This document shows positions 7,613 to 13,612 of a stretch of 24,215 nucleotides of DNA, in pieces. Made by a program: the position numbers and the translations under genes. A model generated the notes under the pieces. The model had not been told where the DNA came from. It did not search any database and saw only the letters and a list, made by a program, of their open reading frames with translations. The first letter of the stretch is position 1, and the number at the start of each line of letters is the position of its first letter. The stretch comes from a virus (Duplodnaviria > Caudoviricetes), in the IMG/VR virus record IMGVR_UViG_3300009773_000011, positions 1-24,215 of that record; one strand, given 5' to 3'.

Positions 7613-7803
7613 GCTCTCCACCCCATCCGGTAAACAGCATGTCCGTTACGACGCTCTGTCTCGATGCAGTACCCCTTCTTACGCAAGTTGCATATCCGGG
7701 ACGCCAGCCGGAAGCATCCGAATGAGTTAAGTGCCTGCATCGGCGTAAGTTCCTGCCCCTCGTCAAGCCACCGGAGAATGGATTCCTCCTGTGTCTTAAG
7801 CAT
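7609..7803 (-). CDS. Small winged-HTH protein (HTH_39-like)
   Basis: TQEESILRWL..G..LTPMQALNSFGCFRLASRICNLRKKGYCIET. Confidence 0.8.
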   Translation of the reverse strand: MLKTQEESILRWLDEGQELTPMQALNSFGCFRLASRICNLRKKGYCIETERRNGHAVYRMGWRA

Positions 7804-7954
7804 TGCCCTGACCTCGCAAATCTGCTAGAATAAGAGACTGATAGAAATGATCTTTTCCTCCCCTGCCCTGCATGGCGGGGGTTCTTTTTATTTCCGACCA
7901 TCGACCTGACCTGTTTACATGCCTCCTTCGTGCGGTCTCAACTTGCTGTAGCAT
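7796..7954 (-). CDS. Possible 52-aa basic peptide
   Basis: TGATG overlap with upstream gene and stop overlapping the HTH gene start; MLQQVETARRRHVNRSGRWSEIKRTPAMQGRGGKDHFYQSLILADLRGQGNA. Confidence 0.4.
   Translation of the reverse strand: MLQQVETARRRHVNRSGRWSEIKRTPAMQGRGGKDHFYQSLILADLRGQGNA
7803..7831 (+). promoter_or_regulatory. Antisense sigma70-type promoter
   Basis: TTGCCC (7803-7808), 17 bp, TAGAAT (7826-7831) with extended -10 TG. Confidence 0.55.
7838..7892 (+). ncRNA. Putative ~55-nt antisense small RNA
   Basis: Lies between the antisense promoter and a plus-strand intrinsic terminator; no plus-strand ORF. Confidence 0.45.
7860..7893 (+). terminator. Intrinsic terminator on the plus (antisense) strand
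   Basis: CCCCTGCC-CTGCAT-GGCGGGGG followed by TTCTTTTTATTT. Confidence 0.65.
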
Positions 7955-8343
7955 CAAATACCCCTCCCTCTACCATTTGATTGATTTCCGAAACTCTCCA
8001 GAGTGACCTGCCCCCTTGCTTGGGCAATGGCATCAGTTAGCAATTCCTTGTATCTCCTCACATCGCTTTCAACGCAGTTCAGATTGTTCAAAAGCCGGAG
8101 TGATGTTTCACAAGCCTCAAGTAATTTCGGAGCCGATGCGACAAACCTTGCCAACTTCATATGCTCCGAATAAAGTTCCTCTTCCTCCTGTGGTTTGTCC
8201 CAACCGGGAAAGACTTCTTTCCTGATGCCTACATGGACATAAAACTTACCCATCCCTCCGATAGCGAGATACGGCCCCATGTTGGCCCAACCTGTACCTG
8301 ATTCGTCAACTACCCAGTCTTGGTTTCCGTAATCCTCTACCAT
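7954..8343 (-). CDS. Hypothetical early protein, about 129 aa
   Basis: ATG at 8343 after GGGAG (alternative GTG at 8355); contains ARFVASAPKLLEAC...AIAQARG, a common small phage protein motif. Confidence 0.75.
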   Translation of the reverse strand: MVEDYGNQDWVVDESGTGWANMGPYLAIGGMGKFYVHVGIRKEVFPGWDKPQEEEELYSEHMKLARFVASAPKLLEACETSLRLLNNLNCVESDVRRYKELLTDAIAQARGQVTLESFGNQSNGRGRGI

Positions 8344-8357
8344 GCCAACTCCCACCC

Positions 8358-8582
8358 CTAAGAACGCTTCGAGACTGCCCCCGTGGTTTCGGGAGGGTTT
8401 GTGTCTATCAGGTCAGATATACGGCATCCGTAGATAGACGCGTAACTACCCAGAGATTCCAGAACAACCCCCTGCCGTCCCGCCTCATGCCTCCAGACGG
8501 TGTTGAGGGAATATCCCATCTTTTCGGCTACTTCTGCGAGGGTCATCCGGTTCTTTTTGCGCCACTCCTTAAGCCTAAGCAT
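8358..8582 (-). CDS. cro: Cro-like XRE-family HTH regulator
   Basis: LKEWRKKNRMTLAEVAEKMGYSLNTVWRHEAG; RBS AAAGGAGG; first gene of the early operon. Confidence 0.85.
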   Translation of the reverse strand: MLRLKEWRKKNRMTLAEVAEKMGYSLNTVWRHEAGRQGVVLESLGSYASIYGCRISDLIDTNPPETTGAVSKRS

Positions 8583-8607
8583 CTACACCACCTCCTTTCC
8601 GATGTCT

Positions 8608-8636
8608 ATAGTAATGGACGTAATCGGTAGAAACAA
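8608..8636 (-). promoter_or_regulatory. Early (cro) promoter
   Basis: Minus strand TTGTTT (8636-8631), 17 bp, TACTAT (8613-8608); an operator-like 15-mer lies in the spacer. Confidence 0.6.
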
Positions 8637-8720
8637 TAGGTCTTAAGTCCTATCTTCTACGGAAATGGTGTAAGTTGTTATACCGAAGAGGATTATTGAT
8701 ATTTGCTACGTATAACGTAG
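8616..8720. promoter_or_regulatory. Three operator-like 15-mers of the divergent switch
   Basis: Palindrome CTACGTATAACGTAG (8706-8720) and degenerate GGACGTAATCGGTAG (8616-8630) and CTACGGAAATGGTGT (8657-8671). Confidence 0.5.
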
Positions 8721-8723
8721 ACT
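8696..8723 (+). promoter_or_regulatory. Repressor-direction promoter, probably giving a leaderless mRNA
   Basis: TTGATA (8696-8701), 16 bp, TAGACT (8718-8723), with ATG only 6 nt downstream and no RBS. Confidence 0.45.
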
Positions 8724-8729
8724 TTAAGC

Positions 8730-8819
8730 ATGGGGAAACTATTCGGGGATCGTCTAAAAGACGCAATTGCTGACATCGGCGGAATGGTATCATCTCGGCG
8801 GCATCAACGACATGATTGA
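8730..8819 (+). pseudogene. Truncated CI-like repressor stub
   Basis: MGKLFGDRLKDA resembles XRE helix 1, is divergent from cro, then runs into the palindrome array and stops at codon 30. Confidence 0.6.
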
Positions 8820-8926
8820 GTCCTTCGAAGATTCCGAATAACTCAGACGGTGACGAATTGTCACCGCTTGACCATTTTGCTGATGTCCACGAGATGGTCA
8901 GACGGTTACATTTTGTAACCGCTTGA
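8761..8926. repeat. Gap-free array of six 27-30 bp palindromic/degenerate elements of three types
   Basis: Units at 8761-8788, 8789-8816, 8818-8844, 8843-8871, 8870-8899 and 8898-8926; see findings. Confidence 0.8.
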
Positions 8927-8930
8927 GACG

Positions 8931-8960
8931 ATAAAAGCCCCCCACCTTTCGGCAGGGGGC
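8931..8960 (-). terminator. Intrinsic terminator ending the late/lysis transcript
   Basis: GCCCCCTGCC-GAAA-GGTGGGGGGC followed by TTTTAT on the minus strand. Confidence 0.85.
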
Positions 8961-8992
8961 AACCCAGGGGGGAGGGGAGGGTTAGCGGATTA

Positions 8993-9057
8993 AACATGAG
9001 GGGTATCTACCCCCCATGTTGACCACGGAAGTCACCACGGAAGTCACCACGGAAGTT
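8993..9057. repeat. 28-bp palindrome followed by 12-bp tandem repeat x3
   Basis: AACATGAGGGGTA-TC-TACCCCCCATGTT (8993-9020); ACCACGGAAGTC twice then ACCACGGAAGTT (9022-9057). Confidence 0.9.
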
Positions 9058-9139
9058 TTGATTTGATCCAAGCGACTATCGGGTCTTTGTACCACACCAC
9101 GACAGCACCGACAATGAAACCCACCACGAAACCTACCAT
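9044..9139 (-). CDS. 31-aa single-pass membrane peptide
   Basis: GGAG RBS then MVGFVVGFIVGAVVVWYKDPIVAWIKSKLPW. Confidence 0.6.
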   Translation of the reverse strand: MVGFVVGFIVGAVVVWYKDPIVAWIKSKLPW

Positions 9140-9153
9140 GTCATCATCTCCAA

Positions 9154-9401
9154 TATATCATATTTGATATAATCTTTACGTGTTTTGAATGCGGAATACG
9201 TACCGGTTATATCTGTTAACCAACAAATGCCCTAAAACAGGGTCAATGTTGGTTAGCATTCTGTCCAATAAAAATGTCCGCCGTAAAACGTTACTGCGAC
9301 TGGCTATTTCCGCACTTCTGGGTAACGTTTTGTCCAGTATGCAGTACATAATAAGGTGGCAAGTTGTAAGTCTAACTTACAGGTTTACGGGGAATACGTA
9401 A
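9154..9401. repeat. Cluster of inverted repeats in AT-rich non-coding DNA
   Basis: TATATCA-4-TGATATA (9154-9171); TAACCAACA-21-TGTTGGTTA (9217-9255); AAAACGTTAC-27-GTAACGTTTT (9285-9331); TGTAAGT-3-ACTTACA (9365-9381); TTACG-7-CGTAA (9385-9401). Confidence 0.8.
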
Positions 9402-9446
9402 GTTTCCTATGTATCCGGCGTGATTCTGTCAATGGTGGGGAAATAT

Positions 9447-9815
9447 TTACCGTCCCGCAATGAATCCGAGGGCGAAGGCTCCGACGGCGTAGAGGAAGAG
9501 GTTGCGCTTGTTTGCCCGTCTTTCCGCATTAATGGAGTCCTCCAACTCCTGTAGTTTCGTCTTGAATAGATCATTGGAGGTCGTAATCTCCCCTCTGAGT
9601 TCTTCGTACGCAGACTCCCACGCTTGAGCCTGTGCCTTGTACGTCCTGACCATCGCAAGGGTATCCCTGGCATCCTGCTCACTGCACCAGTAGCCGTCCT
9701 CAGAAGTTGATGACCCCGCCGGGAGAAATATCCAATCTGCGGAACTCGGACAACTCAGCGTTGAGAGCATCAGCAACATCGTCACGAGTAAGAGTGCTAA
9801 TCTCCTTCTTGACAT
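9447..9815 (-). CDS. Spanin-like second component (signal peptide, coiled coil, C-terminal hydrophobic tail)
   Basis: MSRRRLALLLVTMLLMLSTLSC..., starts inside the preceding gene in another frame; ends LFLYAVGAFALGFIAGR. Confidence 0.6.
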   Translation of the reverse strand: MSRRRLALLLVTMLLMLSTLSCPSSADWIFLPAGSSTSEDGYWCSEQDARDTLAMVRTYKAQAQAWESAYEELRGEITTSNDLFKTKLQELEDSINAERRANKRNLFLYAVGAFALGFIAGR

Positions 9816-10014
9816 CTTCACGGATTTTTCCGACCTCCTTTCGGACACGCTGGTCAAGTTGATTGACCCTCTGTTCCATCTGCTCTATCTCGTATTTGAT
9901 ATATTCCAACTGCTCATCGACAGGGTTTGTCGGCACAGGCTTATACAGCCACCATGCCAACAGGCCCCCGGCGAGTATGGCTAAAAATATAAGCAACCAC
10001 TTATATTTGGTCAT
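9700..10014 (-). CDS. Inner-membrane spanin-like (Rz-like) protein
   Basis: N-terminal TM WLLIFLAILAGGLLAWWLY then coiled coil; at the end of the lysis region and overlapped by the next gene. Confidence 0.65.
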   Translation of the reverse strand: MTKYKWLLIFLAILAGGLLAWWLYKPVPTNPVDEQLEYIKYEIEQMEQRVNQLDQRVRKEVGKIREDVKKEISTLTRDDVADALNAELSEFRRLDISPGGVINF

Positions 10015-11075
10015 GATGCCACCTCCTGTAATGCCATCTGTTTCGCTTCCTTGCCCATTTCCCGCAATGCGCCCTTTGTGCGGTGGTAGGCAATGTTCAC
10101 ATAATCGGGGTCTTTCTCAATGCCGAGATACCTGAACCCTTCCTGTAACGCCCCTACAAGGGTTGACCCACTTCCGCAGAAGGGATCTAAAACAACGCCG
10201 TCCGGTGGAGTCACAAGCCTGCAAAGGTAACGCATGAGGGCAAGGGGCTTCACGGTGGGATGGTTATTTTGTCTTGGTGTACCCTTCCATCTTTCCACAA
10301 GGGTTTTGCTTCCATCTTCCCTAACTAATGTCCTTCCACGGGTATCAAGACCTTGTAGGTTGTCGTCAGGTAGTGGCAACCCCTCACACCCCATGTTCCG
10401 CTCACTCTTGCTCGCCTTGGCACAGTAGAAGAAGCGGGAGGTATCGTTAGGGAACCCACTCACCACCTCGTCACTTCCATCGTGGATGAGGTTGGCGGGG
10501 AAACGACCCAAGGTTACTGGGTAAACTTTCCCGCCATTTCGTGGCCCACAAATAGGGACAGGCCCTAACGCACCATCTCGCCCCTGCTGCTGCTCTCTAC
10601 CCTCGCCTACAATGACCCTGCACCCGTCAATGTTTATCGCCCCTGTACCGTGCTTCAATACGTTCTCTGCAACGGTTCCCTTGAGGGGCTTACGTGCCAT
10701 GATGATGGGTTCCCATGCGGGCTTGAGGGCTGTACCATAACCTTGCCATTCACCCTTGAGGTTGTGTGACTTTGGGAACCCGCTCCCATATACCCACATC
10801 AGCGTGTCCCGGATATCCCATCCTGCGTCCTCTATAGCAACGGCAAGCCTGTGAAACGTCCTTGTGCCTCCAAAGGCTAAAAGGTGACACCCCGGCTTCG
10901 CTATCCGTAACGCTTCCTGCCAAAAGACAACGCCCGGAATACCGTGGTCCCAATCCTTACCCATGAAGGAAAGTCCGTATGGCGGGTCTGTAACGATGGA
11001 GTCAATACTGTTATCCTCTAACCCCTGCATTGCATGGAGGCAGTCATCGTTAATGATGGTGTTGTAGTCCATCAC
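10011..11075 (-). CDS. DNA amino-methyltransferase (N6-A/N4-C, beta class)
   Basis: N-terminal TDPPY, C-terminal HPTVKP and LDPFCGSGST. Confidence 0.93.
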   Translation of the reverse strand: MMDYNTIINDDCLHAMQGLEDNSIDSIVTDPPYGLSFMGKDWDHGIPGVVFWQEALRIAKPGCHLLAFGGTRTFHRLAVAIEDAGWDIRDTLMWVYGSGFPKSHNLKGEWQGYGTALKPAWEPIIMARKPLKGTVAENVLKHGTGAINIDGCRVIVGEGREQQQGRDGALGPVPICGPRNGGKVYPVTLGRFPANLIHDGSDEVVSGFPNDTSRFFYCAKASKSERNMGCEGLPLPDDNLQGLDTRGRTLVREDGSKTLVERWKGTPRQNNHPTVKPLALMRYLCRLVTPPDGVVLDPFCGSGSTLVGALQEGFRYLGIEKDPDYVNIAYHRTKGALREMGKEAKQMALQEVAS

Positions 11076-11995
11076 AGCACCATCCCCTCAACTATCTTCT
11101 TGTTCTCCACCATGAATGTGCCGTCTTCATTGAAATACACCACGGCGAATCCGTGATTCCATTGGTTCCCCGGCATGAACCGAGGATGAAGGTCACACAG
11201 ACAACCCACTCCCCAACAGCCGTAAACATCGCCGGAAATATTCTGCCAGTAGTATTCCTGCGTCCGGTGAAAGTGACCGAATATAACGTTGTCGCCTGTC
11301 CGGTCTTTCATGAGTTTTGCCATGTTAATTGCGCCGAATCCTATACGGTACTCGTGCCCGTGAATGTGATAGAGTTGTCCGTAATGAGGCCATGAGCCTG
11401 TCAATTGCTTCTCTTCTATTGCGGACACGTACCGAATATCCCATTGGTCAAGTCCCAGGATTTGATCGCAGTCCAAGCCATCGACACCCTTGATAGCCGT
11501 GCCTGCCATGTAATTCTCCCAACGCCCCGACACATGGTTGCCACCCTCGAAGACTATTTCCGTATTGGGGAAGTCACCCCTCAACTGCGAGAGGAAGTCT
11601 TTCGTTTTCTCAATCTCATCAGCAATGTCATCCTCTTCGGGATCTCGTGAGAAGTAACTGATTTTATGGAAGTCCAACACATCACCTAGCAGGTATATCC
11701 TGTCCGGCTGAACGTCTAGAGCGTATCTATAGGCGACGGATAAAGCCTCTTCGTCATGGTGGGGAATGTGCAGGTCGGCAAGAATAATTTCAACGGACGC
11801 TATTTTTTTACTGAACTTCGGAGCCGGCACAATGAACGGCTTTCGTGAAGCCTTGCCGTATACACCTGCCCTCTTGAGAACTCTGCGAATCTGTGAACGT
11901 GAAGTCCCGTAATCACGGGCTAACTGCGTAATCGGTATCGTTGTATCGGTCAAGAACCTTGCGACTATTGCGTCAGCCTTCGTCGCTACCGTCAT
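11072..11995 (-). CDS. Calcineurin-like metallophosphoesterase with N-terminal HTH
   Basis: Start at ATG 11995 after GGAGG; ADLH, GDVLD, GNH, HGH, GHFH motifs; N-terminal ITQLARDYGTSRSQIRRVL. Confidence 0.88.
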   Translation of the reverse strand: MTVATKADAIVARFLTDTTIPITQLARDYGTSRSQIRRVLKRAGVYGKASRKPFIVPAPKFSKKIASVEIILADLHIPHHDEEALSVAYRYALDVQPDRIYLLGDVLDFHKISYFSRDPEEDDIADEIEKTKDFLSQLRGDFPNTEIVFEGGNHVSGRWENYMAGTAIKGVDGLDCDQILGLDQWDIRYVSAIEEKQLTGSWPHYGQLYHIHGHEYRIGFGAINMAKLMKDRTGDNVIFGHFHRTQEYYWQNISGDVYGCWGVGCLCDLHPRFMPGNQWNHGFAVVYFNEDGTFMVENKKIVEGMVL

Positions 11996-12263
11996 TGGTT
12001 TCCTCCATTTGAGGGTATTGTGGTTCTTCGTAATTGAAGCCATACTGCCTGTCTACTCGGTGTTCGTAGCCGCTTTTGGCGTAGTATCCCCCGTAGATCA
12101 CGGGTGCGATTATCGACAGCAGGCTTGTCATATTTGCCGGAATGTCCTTCCCCTTGAAGAGGAGAACAATCATCATCAGCATCAAGAACAACGTGAATGC
12201 GTACACTACCGGCTTGCTCGTGGGTACTGCTGTTATGTCCTTCCACTTCTTCATCATCTGCAT
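11973..12263 (-). CDS. Putative holin (two TM segments, acidic tail)
   Basis: ATG at 12263 after GGGGAGG/GAGG; VVYAFTLFLMLMMIVLLF and LLSIIAPVIYGGYY; downstream of the lysins. Confidence 0.7.
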   Translation of the reverse strand: MQMMKKWKDITAVPTSKPVVYAFTLFLMLMMIVLLFKGKDIPANMTSLLSIIAPVIYGGYYAKSGYEHRVDRQYGFNYEEPQYPQMEETNDGSDEG

Positions 12264-12401
12264 AATCCTCTGCCTCCCCCTTGACACGAATAGCCGTGAA
12301 CCTACAATCCTCATCTATTACGAAGCTGAAATCATGCACACCCGCTGTCGGAATGACAGGAGCATCAAATGCGGTGAATGACAGGATGAAGGTGGTATCC
12401 T

Positions 12402-12617
12402 CTACTTGAGGCATCTGCCCAAGTACCACGCCACACCAACAATGGTTGCGAGTTCGGCAAAGTGGAGGTAGATCATCTTGTCTACCTTCTCTTCCACCCT
12501 GACGATTGTGCCGTTCTGCTTCTTCTGCCACCCTTCAAGGTTTTCCACTCTTGCCGTCACCTCACCTACATGCACCTCAAGGTCGCCCACCCTGTTGGTC
12601 AGTGTTGGTTTCGTCAC
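12402..12617 (-). CDS. XhlA-like lysis-associated protein (coiled coil plus C-terminal TM)
   Basis: GTG at 12617 (GTGA overlap, AGGAGG RBS); RVENLE...QNGTIVRVEEKVDK then LATIVGVAWYL. Confidence 0.6.
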   Translation of the reverse strand: MTKPTLTNRVGDLEVHVGEVTARVENLEGWQKKQNGTIVRVEEKVDKMIYLHFAELATIVGVAWYLGRCLK

Positions 12618-13003
12618 CCATGCCACCTCCTGAGTTTCCCTGTCGTGAATGTGTCCACGTGAACAAATGTCCGATATAACCCCAACCCGCCGAGGCAGGA
12701 TAAGCGATGCTCGTAATGGGCCTTCATAATTAAGCGGTGTAGTTCCCTTGCTGTGATTCCCCGTGGCACTAAATCCGCCGCCCTACCCTGAACGTGCTGG
12801 CTGTCCGGCACTCCCCCGACCCTGGCGTTGTGTTCGGGGCACCTGTAACCGGAACTTACGATCAGCGGGATTTCGAAGCCCTTCTCCCTTGATGCGAATG
12901 TCCGTATCTGCTGACAGAGGACAGGGAGCCGGGGATCTAATACGAGTTTCCCGCAGTGTTTACACCGGAACTCGTCATCCCGGAAGTTGGGCGTGACGCT
13001 CAT
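12614..13003 (-). CDS. Peptidase M15A-type endolysin
   Basis: Start at ATG 13003 (ATGA); NF...EFRCKHCG, SGYRCPEHNARVGG, SQHVQGRAAD, FVHVD. Confidence 0.92.
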   Translation of the reverse strand: MSVTPNFRDDEFRCKHCGKLVLDPRLPVLCQQIRTFASREKGFEIPLIVSSGYRCPEHNARVGGVPDSQHVQGRAADLVPRGITARELHRLIMKAHYEHRLSCLGGLGLYRTFVHVDTFTTGKLRRWHG

Positions 13004-13572
13004 GACAGCCTGCCCTCCACGTACTCCCGCATGACAAGGGGTATCGTTTTTCTCAGCACGGATTCGTGGAGCGAGGCAATCAAAGCAAGCCTCCAATTGA
13101 AGCCGAGCAGGTCAGGGGCAAGCCGGACAACCATCCTTGTCAGTCCTTGATAGTAATAGGGTGAGGTCGCCCATTTGCCTTGAAGCCCCGCAATGTAGCC
13201 CCATACGTTGTCGGCGTTGGCTTTGGAGACGGGATAGAATAAATGAATCAAACGGGCATGGTCTTTGAGGTATGTCTCAAGTGAGTCATAGAATCGGAAC
13301 GCAAGTTTGTAATCGGCAAACTGACCGCCCGAATATTCCTGCGTCTGCAAGTTGACGCACTTTCGGGTACTCCAAGGTATCCTTCCGTCAAGCCAATTGT
13401 TGCTACACTTGATCCCGCCGAGGTTGTAGTTCCCCTTCCCACAGGTATGGACATAATGGCCTGTCTCGTGCGAGGTTTGCGCCGTCACGCCGAGGGCGTT
13501 CAGGGGTGTCATGAGTTGCCCGCCCTTATTCATCATCTTGACGCACTCAAAGACTTCCTCTGCCGTTGTCAT
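13000..13572 (-). CDS. Glucosaminidase (GH73/FlgJ-like) cell-wall hydrolase
   Basis: AQTSHETG, NLGGIK, TQEY, FRFYDS, WATSPYY (YATDP-equivalent). Confidence 0.85.
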   Translation of the reverse strand: MTTAEEVFECVKMMNKGGQLMTPLNALGVTAQTSHETGHYVHTCGKGNYNLGGIKCSNNWLDGRIPWSTRKCVNLQTQEYSGGQFADYKLAFRFYDSLETYLKDHARLIHLFYPVSKANADNVWGYIAGLQGKWATSPYYYQGLTRMVVRLAPDLLGFNWRLALIASLHESVLRKTIPLVMREYVEGRLS

Positions 13573-13587
13573 CGTTCACCCCTCCCC

Positions 13588-13612
13588 ATAAAAAAACCCC
13601 CTTGCGGGGCTA
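13588..13612 (-). terminator. Intrinsic terminator after tail genes
   Basis: AGCCCC-GCAA-GGGGGTT followed by TTTTAT on the minus strand. Confidence 0.7.

Noticed and set aside
8843-8926. Repeat-spacer-repeat geometry (29-26-29 bp) resembling a mini-CRISPR array
   Set aside because: Only two copies with five central mismatches, and the apparent spacer is itself a palindrome of a type repeated nearby.
8650-8997. 115-aa minus-strand ORF across the switch region
   Set aside because: Runs through a terminator, the palindrome array and promoters; no RBS or recognisable protein features.
9189-9401. 70-aa plus-strand ORF
   Set aside because: No RBS and it crosses the inverted-repeat cluster; probably chance.
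12250-12263. Holin/antiholin dual start (MQMMKK)
   Set aside because: No basic residue between the methionines as in the lambda S dual-start motif; unsupported.
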